The notes beneath the pieces are model-generated. The model saw nothing but the letters and a program-made list of their open reading frames with translations, did not search any database and had not been told where the DNA came from. The position numbers and the translations under genes are program-made. 64,000 bases of DNA from an archaeon (GTDB lineage Archaea > Nanobdellota > Nanobdellia > Woesearchaeales > SM23-78): assembly GCA_043801165.1 (NCBI GenBank), contig JAZDMG010000028.1, positions 10,988-74,987 on the forward strand, in the 5' to 3' direction. Below, piece after piece: positions 1 to 10,185 of the stretch; position 1 is the first letter of the stretch; each line of letters starts with the position of its first letter.

Positions 1-6
1 TTTCTA

Positions 7-414
7 TTGCAAAGAGATTACGAATATTTTAATTATGAAGACATCATGTCAAAATTCAACTCTGAAAAGATTGTAGGATTCTATTTCACGTGTCTAATCA
101 AGACGTGTAATATTAATGAACTATTCAAAGAATATCTAGACTATCTGAAAATAACAGAAGACTCTTATTTTGGATCAGCAGATAAAACAATTCTGAGCGA
201 ATTATCCTCTGAAGATAAATTAGACTTTGCTAGATTAGTTGAAAAAGAGTCAAAAAATGTCAAGGAAAAGGATTATGCAATGCATGACTTAATATATTTC
301 CAACTGGACTTAGCAAAAGAAGAGAAAGACCGCAAAAAATATCGCCAGCTCTGCGAAAAATTCATTAAAATAGTCGGTCCAGAACAAAAAGAAGAATTTG
401 ATTCTGCAGAATAG
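7..414 (+). CDS. Hypothetical protein, probably 5'-truncated by the window edge
   Basis: AT-rich open frame running from the window start; no recognised motif. Confidence 0.6.
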   Translation: MQRDYEYFNYEDIMSKFNSEKIVGFYFTCLIKTCNINELFKEYLDYLKITEDSYFGSADKTILSELSSEDKLDFARLVEKESKNVKEKDYAMHDLIYFQLDLAKEEKDRKKYRQLCEKFIKIVGPEQKEEFDSAE

Positions 415-469
415 GACATTTAAAAAGAAAACAGCCGAATTCTAACAGCTGACACTTAACATCTACAAG

Positions 470-548
470 TTGAACAATACGTTCAAACCGAAAACTATAT
501 AAATAAGTTAGTTCACCCAAGCTTAACGCTGTTGACTTAACGTCAACA
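470..548 (+). promoter_or_regulatory. grpE-dnaK-dnaJ promoter with flanking inverted repeats
   Basis: BRE/TATA aaaactatataaat at 491-504; IRs ttgaac-N5-gttcaa (470-486) and tgttgac-N5-gtcaaca (530-548); RBS aaggagg before 574. Confidence 0.6.
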
Positions 549-573
549 ACATTCGGTTTAAAGGAGGATACTC

Positions 574-1212
574 ATGACCAAGAACAAGCACGAGCCTGAG
601 AAGGCAACCAATGATTCTAACGCAGAAGATGCTGCCCTGGACTCAACAGGCAATGCTGCATCAGAGCAGATCAAAGAGCCAGTCCAAGATAAAGAGAAAT
701 CTCGCGAAGAAGTGCTGGAATGCCAGCTCGATGACCTCACAGATACGCTTCAAAGGCTCCAGGCTGAGTTCGAGAACTACAAGAAAAGGATAGCCCGGGA
801 CAGCATCATGATGGTGAAGTGCGCAAATGAAGATTTAATCAGGACATTGCTTCCAGTCATAGACAACTTTGAGCTGGCTTTGAAGAGCGCCAAGCAGAAG
901 GATGAATTCTACAAAGGCATGGAAATAATATATTCACAGATTAATGAGCTGCTAGAGAACAACGGCTTGAAACATATCCAATGCAAGGGGGTCAAGTTTG
1001 ACCCTTATTTTCACGAAGCTCTCCTGACAGAGGAGTCTGACAACGAACACAACACAGTCCTGGATGAGCTCCAGAAAGGCTACATGATTAATGAGAGAGT
1101 CATCAGGCATAGCAAGGTGAAGATATCAAAGAAGAGGCAAAGCAAGGAGCAGAGCAAAGGAAAAGACGACAATGAGAAAAATAATGATGATGAGAATGAA
1201 AAGATAGAATAA
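574..1212 (+). CDS. grpE: Nucleotide exchange factor GrpE
   Basis: RLQAEFENYKKR, LLPVIDNFE, FDPYFHEA, QKGY motifs; directly upstream of dnaK. Confidence 0.96.
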   Translation: MTKNKHEPEKATNDSNAEDAALDSTGNAASEQIKEPVQDKEKSREEVLECQLDDLTDTLQRLQAEFENYKKRIARDSIMMVKCANEDLIRTLLPVIDNFELALKSAKQKDEFYKGMEIIYSQINELLENNGLKHIQCKGVKFDPYFHEALLTEESDNEHNTVLDELQKGYMINERVIRHSKVKISKKRQSKEQSKGKDDNEKNNDDENEKIE

Positions 1213-1245
1213 ATAAAAAATCACAATTGAAAGGAGGAGAATAAA

Positions 1246-3174
1246 ATGGGAAAAGAAAAGATTATCGGAATCGATTTGGGAACAACATTCAGCGCAGTAG
1301 CAGTGCTAGAAGGCGGAAAGCCTGTCATAATAACAAATGCAGAGGGTGAGCGCATCACTCCGAGCGTCGTCTCAATGACAGAGGAGGGCGAGAGGCTTGT
1401 CGGAAGGCTTGCCAGGAACCAGGCCATAAGCAATCCAGAACATACAGTCTACAGCATAAAGAGGCATATGGGAGAGGATCACAAGTCCAAGATCTGGAGC
1501 AATGAGTTCACGCCTCAGGAGATCAGCGCCATGATCCTGCAGAAGCTGAAAACAGACGCAGAAGCCTATCTTGGACAGCCTGTGAAGAAAGCAGTCATCA
1601 CAGTGCCGGCCTATTTTGAGGACGCCCAGAGGCAAGCGACAAAGGACGCAGGAAAGATTGCAGGACTCGATGTCGTCAGGATAATCAATGAGCCGACAGC
1701 AGCCAGCCTTGCCTACGGCATGGACAAGGCCAACGCCCACACAGTGCTTGTCTTTGACTTTGGAGGAGGAACCTTCGATGTCTCAATACTCGATCTTGGA
1801 GATGGAGTGTTTGAGGTAAAGGCAACCAACGGAGACAACCACCTGGGAGGAGATGACATAGATACCATTCTCCTGAACTGGATGGCTGATGATTTCAAGA
1901 AGCAGACAGGGATTGACCTTAGAAAGGACAAGGTCTCACACCAGAGGCTAAAGGAAGCTGCTGAGAAGGCGAAGATCGAGCTTTCATCGAAGGTCAAGAC
2001 CACCATAAACCTGCCGTTCATTACAGCAGACAAGGAAGGCCCTAAGCACCTCAACATGGAGCTCACAAGGGCTAAGTTCGAGTCATTGATACAGGATATT
2101 CTTGAGAGGCTCAAGATTCCTACCCAGCTTGCGCTGAAGGACGCAAAGATCAATTCAAGCCAGATCGACAAGGTACTTCTTGTCGGCGGAAGCACAAGGA
2201 TCCCTTCGGTGCAGGAGCTTGTCAAGAACATCACTGGGAAGGAAGGCGATAAGAGCATCAACCCAGACGAGGCAGTCGCTCTTGGAGCAGCGATCCAGGG
2301 AGGAATCCTGGCAGGTGAGATAAAGGATCTTCTGCTGCTGGATGTCACTCCATTGAGCCTTGGCATAGAGACTCTTGGAGGAGTATTCACAAAGCTGATT
2401 GATAGGAACACAACTATTCCTACAAAGAAGAGCCAGGTGTTCAGCACCGCAGCTGACGGCCAGACAGCCGTCACCATCCGCGTGTTCCAAGGAGAGAGGA
2501 GCATGGCAGCTGACAATAAGCTGCTTGGTCAGTTCGACCTCGTAGGATTGCCGCCGGCGCCTAGAGGAATACCTCAGATAGAGGTATCATTCGACATAGA
2601 TGCCAACGGCATCGTCCATGTCGGGGCAAAGGACCTTGGCACTGGCAAGGAGCAGAGCATCAAGATAACAGCGACCACCAACCTGACAGAGTCAGAAATC
2701 GAGAAGATGCGCAAGGACGCAGAGTCTTTTGCATCAGATGACGCGAAGAAGAAAGAGGAAGTCGAGACCATCAACTCTGCTGACACCCTGATCTACACTT
2801 CTGAGAAGCTCTTCAAGGATTTCGAGGGCAAGGTCGACCAGAATGAGATGGATGCTGTAAAGAAGGAGATTGAGGAGCTGAAGAGCATGATGGCTCCTGA
2901 GAAGAAGGATGCTCCTGCCATCAAGAAGAAGCTTGAGACGATAAACCAGAACATCCAGCAGCTCAGCACAGAGCTCTACAAGCGAGCAGCAGAGGAGCAT
3001 GCCAAGGCCCAAGGCGGCCAGGCAGGCGGTTCAGGAACAGGAGGAAGCCATGGAGGAGCACACTCAGCGCATGCAGACCAGGGCGATGAAGGCCCAGGAG
3101 ATGCAGGGGACGACAATGTCGTTGACGCTGAGTTCGAAGAGGTCAAGCCAGACGAAAAGAAAGGAAATAAGTGA
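1246..3174 (+). CDS. dnaK: Chaperone DnaK (Hsp70)
   Basis: [39 protein letters not shown] motifs. Confidence 0.99.
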   Translation: MGKEKIIGIDLGTTFSAVAVLEGGKPVIITNAEGERITPSVVSMTEEGERLVGRLARNQAISNPEHTVYSIKRHMGEDHKSKIWSNEFTPQEISAMILQKLKTDAEAYLGQPVKKAVITVPAYFEDAQRQATKDAGKIAGLDVVRIINEPTAASLAYGMDKANAHTVLVFDFGGGTFDVSILDLGDGVFEVKATNGDNHLGGDDIDTILLNWMADDFKKQTGIDLRKDKVSHQRLKEAAEKAKIELSSKVKTTINLPFITADKEGPKHLNMELTRAKFESLIQDILERLKIPTQLALKDAKINSSQIDKVLLVGGSTRIPSVQELVKNITGKEGDKSINPDEAVALGAAIQGGILAGEIKDLLLLDVTPLSLGIETLGGVFTKLIDRNTTIPTKKSQVFSTAADGQTAVTIRVFQGERSMAADNKLLGQFDLVGLPPAPRGIPQIEVSFDIDANGIVHVGAKDLGTGKEQSIKITATTNLTESEIEKMRKDAESFASDDAKKKEEVETINSADTLIYTSEKLFKDFEGKVDQNEMDAVKKEIEELKSMMAPEKKDAPAIKKKLETINQNIQQLSTELYKRAAEEHAKAQGGQAGGSGTGGSHGGAHSAHADQGDEGPGDAGDDNVVDAEFEEVKPDEKKGNK

Positions 3175-3223
3175 GCGCGCCTTAGCGTAACATTTAAAAC
3201 TGATGGATTAATCTGTGGAAAGA

Positions 3224-4303
3224 ATGGCAGAGAAGGACTATTATAAGATACTCGGTGTTGAGAAGAATGCCTCTCAGGAGGATATAAAGAAAGCCTACAA
3301 GACCTTGGCTAAGAAACATCATCCTGATCTCAACAAGGAGCCGGGCGCTTCTGATAAGTTCAAGGAGCTCAATGAGGCAGCCTCTGTGCTAGGTGATGAG
3401 GAAAAGAGAAAACAGTATGACCAGTTCGGGACAGATGCCTTCAAGTACGCAGGCGGCCGCGGAGCCGGCTACAGCCAGGACTTCTCAGGATTTGATTTCT
3501 CTGATTTCGGGTCTGACAGGTTTGATTTTGACAGCATATTCGACAGTTTCTTCGCAGGAGGCGGAAGATCAAGAGGAAGGCGCAGCAACAAGGGCCGAGA
3601 CCTAGGATATGAATTAAAGATAACTCTTGAAGAGGCTGCCAATGGTGTCAAGAGGCAGATAAAGGTCACGAAGAACGATGTCTGCGAGAGCTGTGGTGGC
3701 AAGGGCGGCCGTGAATCAACAACATGCCCCCATTGCAGGGGCTCAGGCGCCTATAGAGAGACCAGGAGGACTCCTTTTGGCCTAATCCAGACAACAGCGA
3801 CCTGCAGGAACTGCAATGGTTCAGGAGAGATATTCAAGGAGGTCTGCAAGAGTTGCGAAGGCACTGGCCGCTTGAAGGATACCAAGACCATTGAGGTTAG
3901 CATCCCTGCTGGCATCATGGATGAGGCGAGGCTCAGGGTCAGCGGAGAAGGAGAGGCAGGATACCGAGGAGGACAGCCAGGTGATCTTTATCTGGTGATT
4001 AATGTAGAGCCCCATGATACTTTCACCAGGGAGGATGATGACATAGTCCTTGAGCTGGAGATAAGCTTTACCCAGGCAGCGCTCGGAGACAAGATAAAGG
4101 TCCCTACGATAAATGGCGAAGCCTCTCTCAAGATATCCGAGGGCACACAGCCAGGCACAGTTCTCAGGATGAAAGGAGAAGGCATCAAGCACATGCATGG
4201 CTTTGGAAGGGGAGACCAACTGGTGAAGATCAACATCAAAGTCCCCCATGGCTTGAACAAGAAGCAGGCCAAGCTGCTGAATGAGTTCGATGAAAGCCTT
4301 TAA
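3224..4303 (+). CDS. dnaJ: Chaperone DnaJ
   Basis: J domain with HPD, G/F-rich linker, four CxxCxGxG repeats; ATG at 3224 preferred over GTG at 3215. Confidence 0.98.
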   Translation: MAEKDYYKILGVEKNASQEDIKKAYKTLAKKHHPDLNKEPGASDKFKELNEAASVLGDEEKRKQYDQFGTDAFKYAGGRGAGYSQDFSGFDFSDFGSDRFDFDSIFDSFFAGGGRSRGRRSNKGRDLGYELKITLEEAANGVKRQIKVTKNDVCESCGGKGGRESTTCPHCRGSGAYRETRRTPFGLIQTTATCRNCNGSGEIFKEVCKSCEGTGRLKDTKTIEVSIPAGIMDEARLRVSGEGEAGYRGGQPGDLYLVINVEPHDTFTREDDDIVLELEISFTQAALGDKIKVPTINGEASLKISEGTQPGTVLRMKGEGIKHMHGFGRGDQLVKINIKVPHGLNKKQAKLLNEFDESL

Positions 4304-4482
4304 TAGAGCATAGTTGCCAATGACTCGATGAAATGTGCTTAATTCTAATAGTTATTTCTTTTATGTTCTCACTCTAGAATAGAAATATTTATATACTACG
4401 TACTTGTTATTTCTTCAAGAATCGCAATCAAAGTTCAACATGGACTGATGCGGATTAATCTAAAAATTGGGAAGGTGGAAAA

Positions 4483-5649
4483 ATGAGAGCAAATTATGTG
4501 TTGGTTCTGATTATGTTGAGCATGCTGGCTATCGCTGGCTGCAAAGTCGCTTCACCAAATGTGAATGAGACCAATGGAACAGTGGTTCCTGGTGAAAACG
4601 TAACATCACCAAACAGCACAGAAGAGACCAAGGAAGTTCCTGTGGAGGCCAGCTCATCCATAACAATCGAGGCTGTCGAGGGAGACCTTGTGCAGCTCAA
4701 GCCAGTGGCTGTTGACCCTGACAATGATGTCATAACATACAGATTCACAAAGCCTTTCAATGATAATGGCAAATGGCAGACTAAAGAAGGAGATGCAGGC
4801 AAGTACCTTGTGTCCGTGACTGCCAGCGATGGAAAAGCAAACACCACTCAAGATGTGCTTGTCATAATCCACAAGGCCAACAAGGCGCCAGTGATAGAAT
4901 GCCCGCCTGAGCTCACTGCCAAGGAAGGCGATCTCATAGAGATCAAATGCAACATCTACGACCCTGAGGGCGAGAGTGTTGTTGTAGAATACTCAGGATT
5001 CATGAAATCCTCGACCTACCTGACCAACTTCAACGACGCAGGAGAATACACTGTTGTCGTGAAAGCGAAAGACAGCAACGGAAAGGCAGCAGAGAAGACA
5101 ATAAAAGTTAAGATCGCTGATGTGAACAGGGCTCCAGAGATAAAGAACATTCCTGAGACAATAAACGCCATGGAAGGAGAAGTCATAACTCTGACACCTG
5201 AGGCGGTCGATCCTGACGGCAACAAGGTGACAGTGACCTTCTCAGAGCCATTCGACAGCAAGGGAACCTGGAAGACAAAGGTCGGAGACGCAGGAACCAT
5301 CAAGGCAAGCGTCATAGCGAGCGATGGCAAGGCAACCATCAAGAAAGACTTCAATGTGGCCATATCGATGAAGAACACAGCCCCTGTGATCAAGAATATA
5401 AATGATATCACAGTCTATGAGGGCGACACCATAAAGCTGCCAATCGAAGTGACTGACAGGGAAGGCGACAAGGTCAAGGTGACAGTCAGCGGATGGATGA
5501 ACTCAGCAGAGTACACAACCACCTATGACGACGCAGGAGAATACACGGTGACTGTGGCTGCCGCAGACGGCGCCTATGAGGCAAAACAGACCTTCAAGGT
5601 CACAGTGCTTGACAAGAACAGGCCGCCAGTCTTCAAGATTCCGGCCTAA
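4483..5649 (+). CDS. Surface lipoprotein with four tandem Ig-like (cadherin/PKD-type) domains
   Basis: Signal peptide ending LAIAGC (lipobox-like); repeated NxAP...DPDG/DPEG...DAGxY units in an A-B-A-B arrangement. Confidence 0.8.
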   Translation: MRANYVLVLIMLSMLAIAGCKVASPNVNETNGTVVPGENVTSPNSTEETKEVPVEASSSITIEAVEGDLVQLKPVAVDPDNDVITYRFTKPFNDNGKWQTKEGDAGKYLVSVTASDGKANTTQDVLVIIHKANKAPVIECPPELTAKEGDLIEIKCNIYDPEGESVVVEYSGFMKSSTYLTNFNDAGEYTVVVKAKDSNGKAAEKTIKVKIADVNRAPEIKNIPETINAMEGEVITLTPEAVDPDGNKVTVTFSEPFDSKGTWKTKVGDAGTIKASVIASDGKATIKKDFNVAISMKNTAPVIKNINDITVYEGDTIKLPIEVTDREGDKVKVTVSGWMNSAEYTTTYDDAGEYTVTVAAADGAYEAKQTFKVTVLDKNRPPVFKIPA

Positions 5650-5713
5650 AAGTATTTAATTAAATTTTTTATTTTTCTTTTTCATATAATCATGGAGTAG
5701 AGAGCAAAGGACC

Positions 5714-5998
5714 ATGGCAATACCAAAACCACAGATACCTGAAGACATGAAAGTATTTGATCTGAAAGATGCTGATCTCTGCGTCACCACATGGTACCTT
5801 CGGACCGAACTCATGAATCCCGATAGGAACAAAGGGATCCACAACCTTGAAATGCTCGTCCAGATATTCAAACAAACAGGATGCACTGACTGCGATGGCT
5901 ATAAGCCAGGCTGCTCTGCTAGACATGAACTGAAGTTTACAGAAGCCTATCAGGCATACATGGCTGCCCAGAAGCCGGCGGCGAATAAGAAATCTTAG
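5714..5998 (+). CDS. Hypothetical protein
   Basis: 94-aa ORF with CxxC; purine-rich leader. Confidence 0.55.
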   Translation: MAIPKPQIPEDMKVFDLKDADLCVTTWYLRTELMNPDRNKGIHNLEMLVQIFKQTGCTDCDGYKPGCSARHELKFTEAYQAYMAAQKPAANKKS

Positions 5999-6079
5999 GA
6001 TCATATCTCCCGCCCAAAGAGAAACCTTTTTTAACCAGCCTTCTTTCTTTTAGATTATTGCGACGCCGTTTTCATTAGT

Positions 6080-6350
6080 GCCGTGGTCGCATATCAGAAA
6101 AACGAAGTTTTTCTGGGATGCAACCACTTACAACAGCGAACTGTCTGAAGTTCGCTGGAGTGAGAAATTCGAGAAACGAATTTCCCACAAAAACAAGTTT
6201 TTGCCGTGGTCGCATAATCTGGTAGTGCGCCAGTCTCGAAAACTGGTTCCTTACGGAATTCTCGGTTCAAATCCGAGCCACGGCGTCGAACGAAGTGAGA
6301 CGACGCGGCTGGGCCAAAAACAAAGTGTTTTTGAGTCCGAGCCACGGCGT
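6080..6350 (+). repeat. Duplicated 5' and 3' ends of tRNA-Ser enclosing hairpin chains
   Basis: gccgtggtcgcata at 6080-6093 and 6203-6216; tccgagccacggcgt at 6272-6286 and 6336-6350; spacers consist of short inverted repeats. Confidence 0.9.
6203..6285 (+). tRNA. tRNA-Ser(CGA)
   Basis: gccgtgg/ccacggc acceptor stem, ccagt-ct-CGA-aa-actgg anticodon arm, long variable arm ttcc-ttac-ggaa, ctcgg-ttcaaat-ccgag T arm. Confidence 0.95.
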
Positions 6351-6364
6351 TTTTTTAATTCTCA

Positions 6365-7654
6365 TCAGAAGAAATCATTCAGACCGCTCTGGTTTGGCTT
6401 GGCTGGTTTGTTGACCTTCGCCTTATCTTCGCTCTCGCCATCTCCTGATTCAACCGCAGCCTCTTTGCCGTCAACGACAAGCACTCCGTATTCTCCATCA
6501 TAGCCTGGCTTGACTGTCAATCCAGCGCGCCTGTTCCTCATGATCAGGTCGACAATCTTCCTGCCGGTCACTTTCAGGAGCTCATCCTCACTCACATTAA
6601 GAAGTATATCAAACTCATCCTTGCCTGCCTTCATCACGTTGTAATACTCAGCCCAGACTTTCTTTGAACTCATGGCGCTGCCAAGCTCAAAAGACAGCAG
6701 CTCATGAAGCGGTATTATCCTGATGAATTCAGGAACATCAACAGGCTTGGCCCTGTCAGCCAACTGCTCCACCCTGTTAAGCACTCCTATGGTTAGAGGC
6801 CTCTTGCAGGCAGGGCAGATGCCTTTATTATTTGCTGATTCTTCAGGGCTCATCGACACACCACAAAGCCTATGGCCATCGAAATGGTACTTCCCATAGC
6901 TTGGATCGACCTCTATTGTCCCGGCAAGCCCTGCGCCCGTCCTGATGGCCTTCAGCAGGTTCATGTATGTCAATTCTGCCATCTCAAAAATTGTTGCTTC
7001 GCGTCCTATGCGCCAGGGCCAGAATGAGTGCAGGTCAGAGAAGCTCACAATTTTAATTCCGTCAAGCCCTGAAAGCATCCTGTTCATCTCAGGATCGCTG
7101 CTAAGGCCTGTCTCGATGGCGTGGATGTTCTTTGCTTCTGGCCCGAATGCCTCTTCAAGGCTGTCAAATCCTGTCTTGCTCCCGAATACACCGAACCACG
7201 GCGTCCAAGCATGTGCCGGGATTAATTCAATCTGGTCGCTTATCATCCTAATCTCACGTGCAAAATCAATGCATGATATGCTGAACATCGGCCTGCCGTC
7301 GTAATCAACCCTTCCCTTGCTCTTGAGGTAAGAGGTTATTTTCTCTACTATCGCGAAGTTCGGAGCGAGAACAACAAGATGGACCCGTCTTCCCTTCCCT
7401 CCCTGGGTGTATATCAGCGATATCTCGTTCTGAAGCACGAAAGGAAATCCGGCTTTGGTCCTGAGGATTCCTGTGCCGTCCTCAGCAAGCTCTGTTTTTA
7501 GTTCCTCTATCCATTTCGGATGGGAGAAATCCCCTGTGCCTAGAAGATTTACGCCTTTTATGCGCGCCCATTTCTCAAGGTTGGCTATCGTCAGTTCTGA
7601 AGAACAAGCCCTTGAATGCCTTGAATGGATGTGCAAATCTGCGATTATTTTCAT
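6365..7654 (-). CDS. Endonuclease Q family (PHP-domain) protein
   Basis: ADLHIHS, GTGDF, PAHAWTPW, ETGLSSD, SDLHS, GKYH, CxxC, PGYDGEYG motifs. Confidence 0.9.
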   Translation of the reverse strand: MKIIADLHIHSRHSRACSSELTIANLEKWARIKGVNLLGTGDFSHPKWIEELKTELAEDGTGILRTKAGFPFVLQNEISLIYTQGGKGRRVHLVVLAPNFAIVEKITSYLKSKGRVDYDGRPMFSISCIDFAREIRMISDQIELIPAHAWTPWFGVFGSKTGFDSLEEAFGPEAKNIHAIETGLSSDPEMNRMLSGLDGIKIVSFSDLHSFWPWRIGREATIFEMAELTYMNLLKAIRTGAGLAGTIEVDPSYGKYHFDGHRLCGVSMSPEESANNKGICPACKRPLTIGVLNRVEQLADRAKPVDVPEFIRIIPLHELLSFELGSAMSSKKVWAEYYNVMKAGKDEFDILLNVSEDELLKVTGRKIVDLIMRNRRAGLTVKPGYDGEYGVLVVDGKEAAVESGDGESEDKAKVNKPAKPNQSGLNDFF

Positions 7655-7688
7655 TGGGCAAAGAACATCAAAGAAGTATTTAAAACTT

Positions 7689-10100
7689 TCATTCCTTGCT
7701 CAGCTCAGTAATCAGGAATATGAACTCCGAGAGGAAGTTGTTCTTTTCCTCGTCAGGGATGAATGTATCCAGCAGAAGCCTATCTGATTTCTTGTAGAAT
7801 CCTAACAGCAGGACCTTGAGCAGCACAGGCACTCTTGATTCCTTTGCTTTGGAATAGAAGGCTGCATCATCGAATTGGTCAGGCAGCTTGAATATTGAGG
7901 CGTAAATGCTCACTATGGCTGAATGCATCTCTTTGGGGGCGACATTGGTCCTGTTGCTTAAGCCGATCAGCTCTTCCCTATAGCTCTTGAACTCCTCTGG
8001 ATTCATCAACTGCTTCCTGCGCCCCAGAATTTTTATGACCCGACACTTCCTGCAGAACCTGTTCAGCCCAATCATCAGCATGAAGAATTTATTGTTGTCA
8101 TATAATCGTTTTGCGTACTGCGGCCTTGCAAAAACCAAGAATACATAGAACAAGAACACTCCCATTGTTATCAAGAGAATCAAGCCGAGCATGACGAACC
8201 CTAATATATAAGCCTTGAATAAATCAGCGAATGCACATTTCCTGCATGGTCCACCACAATCGGTGAATCTCTCTCCGCCGTTCTTCTTTCCATCGTCACA
8301 GGACGGGCAAGGCGCACATTTTCCGCCGCAATCAACTCCCTCTTCTCCCTGGTTCTGCAGCCCATCCGAGCAATTGCCACAGAGCTTCGGGCATGGGCCC
8401 TCGCAATCAATGCCTTTTTCTCCCTGGTTTCTCACATTATCATGGCATGATGCAAAGGTGCACATCTTGCTCCTGCAGTCAAGGCTCTCACAATCACGGC
8501 CATATTTACAGCTCTGGTTGCCCTGGCATTTTTTGCAGGAGCCGCCGCAGTCAACATCGCTCTCATTCTGGTTGAGCATGCGATCAGAGCAGCTGGGACA
8601 TGGGACACAGGGACCACCACAATCAACCTCTCCCTCACCTTGGTTCTGGATCTTGTCAGAGCAGCTGGGACATGGGACACAGGGACCACCACAATCAACC
8701 CCAGTCTCTATGCCATTCTTGATGCTGTCATTGCATGACGCAGAGTAGATGCACTGTTTTATCTCATCTGGTTTTGTCCTGTTGTCATCGCAGTCTGACA
8801 TATCATTGCATCTTCTCATCTGGAATCCCAGAGGCATGCAAGCCCCCCAAGCAGTGCAGTTCCAGTCAGGCCTGCAACCTTCAAGGTCTCCCTCGCAAAG
8901 GCCGCAGTCAAAAGAGCAGGTGGTGCAATTCTCCCCTTGACCGCAGAAATAATTTCCGCAGAACTCCTCGATGCTCATGTTGCTGAATCGCTTTATGACC
9001 TGGGAATTTATGACATCAACCTTCACTATGTTGCTCTCGGCTGTCGCATTGAACATGTCGCTTGCGATGAAGACAAAATAGGCATATCCCAGGGTTCCTG
9101 TCATCGGATCAAAAAAGACAGTGCCATCCTTTGCAAAGCTCACCCTAATCTGCGCGTAGGCCACAACAAAATCATAGCTTGGCTGCACCTGCCTGAATCC
9201 GAAGAAGAGGCGCCCTCCGTCAGGGTCGCGTATATAATCATTAAGGTCATAGGCGCTTGCTCCTGTGTCGCTGAACAAGACAAACCCAGGCACTTCATGC
9301 ACCAATACAGGAGGCCTGTTGACCTTCAAAACCTGGAACTCCCACACCTGGACTGAAGAGAGATTGTAGGAGTCAGTTATGATCACAGTGATGTTATGCA
9401 CCCCGGAAACATTAAAACCAGGAGTGAACAGCAAAGAGCTCCTGCCAGCAGATCCAACAATAGGTTGTGAATCAAAAAGCCATTCATAGGTGACGGTCTC
9501 TTCCGGATCATCAAGCTCAACCTTGACCGAGAAATTTATCGTGGCTGTCTGGTTTGTGCCGAATTCATCCAGGGCAGGCTTGGCATCAACTATCTTTGGC
9601 CTGACAAACACCTCTAAAGTGACTATCGCGGTGTCTGCGCATGAGCCTTTTACAGCCACGACCGCGATTCGCGAAGAGCCTCTGTCAGATGATTTCGGTG
9701 TGAAATCAAGCACTCCATCTCTTGAAAGGTTTATCCCTGCAAGATTCCTGCCAAGCAAAGCATAGGAATATATCACGCCTGCTTCGCCCATGTTGCTGAG
9801 GTTGAAATCATAGCTGAAAGAGACATCTTCTTTTAGCACAAATCTCTCAGGAAAGATTATCTTTGGGGTGTTGGTGATATCACAGGCTCCCTGGACCTCT
9901 TGGCATAGGATGATGATTGCACTAATCATGATTATCGCTAGCCAGGCATTCCTGCCAGAACCACACGGATGGCATATCTCGCGGCCTAAAACACTCAACC
10001 TCTTCCCTCTGATTTTAAATTTGATTAATCGTTTATCATAACACGCCATTAGAAGTATAAAAATGTAGCTATTTTCAGGCACGGAACGACAGACGGCCAC
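7689..10100 (-). CDS. Large membrane-anchored surface protein with Ig-like domains and Cys-rich repeats
   Basis: Hydrophobic N-terminal segment, NRPP/DPDG Ig units, about 7 CxD..NxxE.GVDCGGxC repeats, TM, cytoplasmic tail; true start probably downstream of 10100. Confidence 0.85.
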   Translation of the reverse strand: MAVCRSVPENSYIFILLMACYDKRLIKFKIRGKRLSVLGREICHPCGSGRNAWLAIIMISAIIILCQEVQGACDITNTPKIIFPERFVLKEDVSFSYDFNLSNMGEAGVIYSYALLGRNLAGINLSRDGVLDFTPKSSDRGSSRIAVVAVKGSCADTAIVTLEVFVRPKIVDAKPALDEFGTNQTATINFSVKVELDDPEETVTYEWLFDSQPIVGSAGRSSLLFTPGFNVSGVHNITVIITDSYNLSSVQVWEFQVLKVNRPPVLVHEVPGFVLFSDTGASAYDLNDYIRDPDGGRLFFGFRQVQPSYDFVVAYAQIRVSFAKDGTVFFDPMTGTLGYAYFVFIASDMFNATAESNIVKVDVINSQVIKRFSNMSIEEFCGNYFCGQGENCTTCSFDCGLCEGDLEGCRPDWNCTAWGACMPLGFQMRRCNDMSDCDDNRTKPDEIKQCIYSASCNDSIKNGIETGVDCGGPCVPCPSCSDKIQNQGEGEVDCGGPCVPCPSCSDRMLNQNESDVDCGGSCKKCQGNQSCKYGRDCESLDCRSKMCTFASCHDNVRNQGEKGIDCEGPCPKLCGNCSDGLQNQGEEGVDCGGKCAPCPSCDDGKKNGGERFTDCGGPCRKCAFADLFKAYILGFVMLGLILLITMGVFLFYVFLVFARPQYAKRLYDNNKFFMLMIGLNRFCRKCRVIKILGRRKQLMNPEEFKSYREELIGLSNRTNVAPKEMHSAIVSIYASIFKLPDQFDDAAFYSKAKESRVPVLLKVLLLGFYKKSDRLLLDTFIPDEEKNNFLSEFIFLITELSKE
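8584..8700. repeat. Exact 45-bp intragenic repeat, 72-bp period
   Basis: tcagagcagctgggacatgggacacagggaccaccacaatcaacc at 8584-8628 and 8656-8700. Confidence 0.9.
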
Positions 10101-10185
10101 GGCCGTCTTTGATAAAAATCCAAAACATTAATAAATGCTTCTGACCATTAGCAGATAAAAGGGAGATTTAAGAGGTGAGCGAGGA

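Noticed and set aside
6080..6350. Possible mini-CRISPR array
   Set aside because: The repeats are two different tRNA ends with two copies each, spacing is irregular, and no cas genes are present.
6078..6503. 141-aa ORF on + and 83-aa ORF on - across the tRNA-Ser locus
   Set aside because: They overlap a clear tRNA (the + ORF also the antisense end of EndoQ) and have no protein-like motifs.
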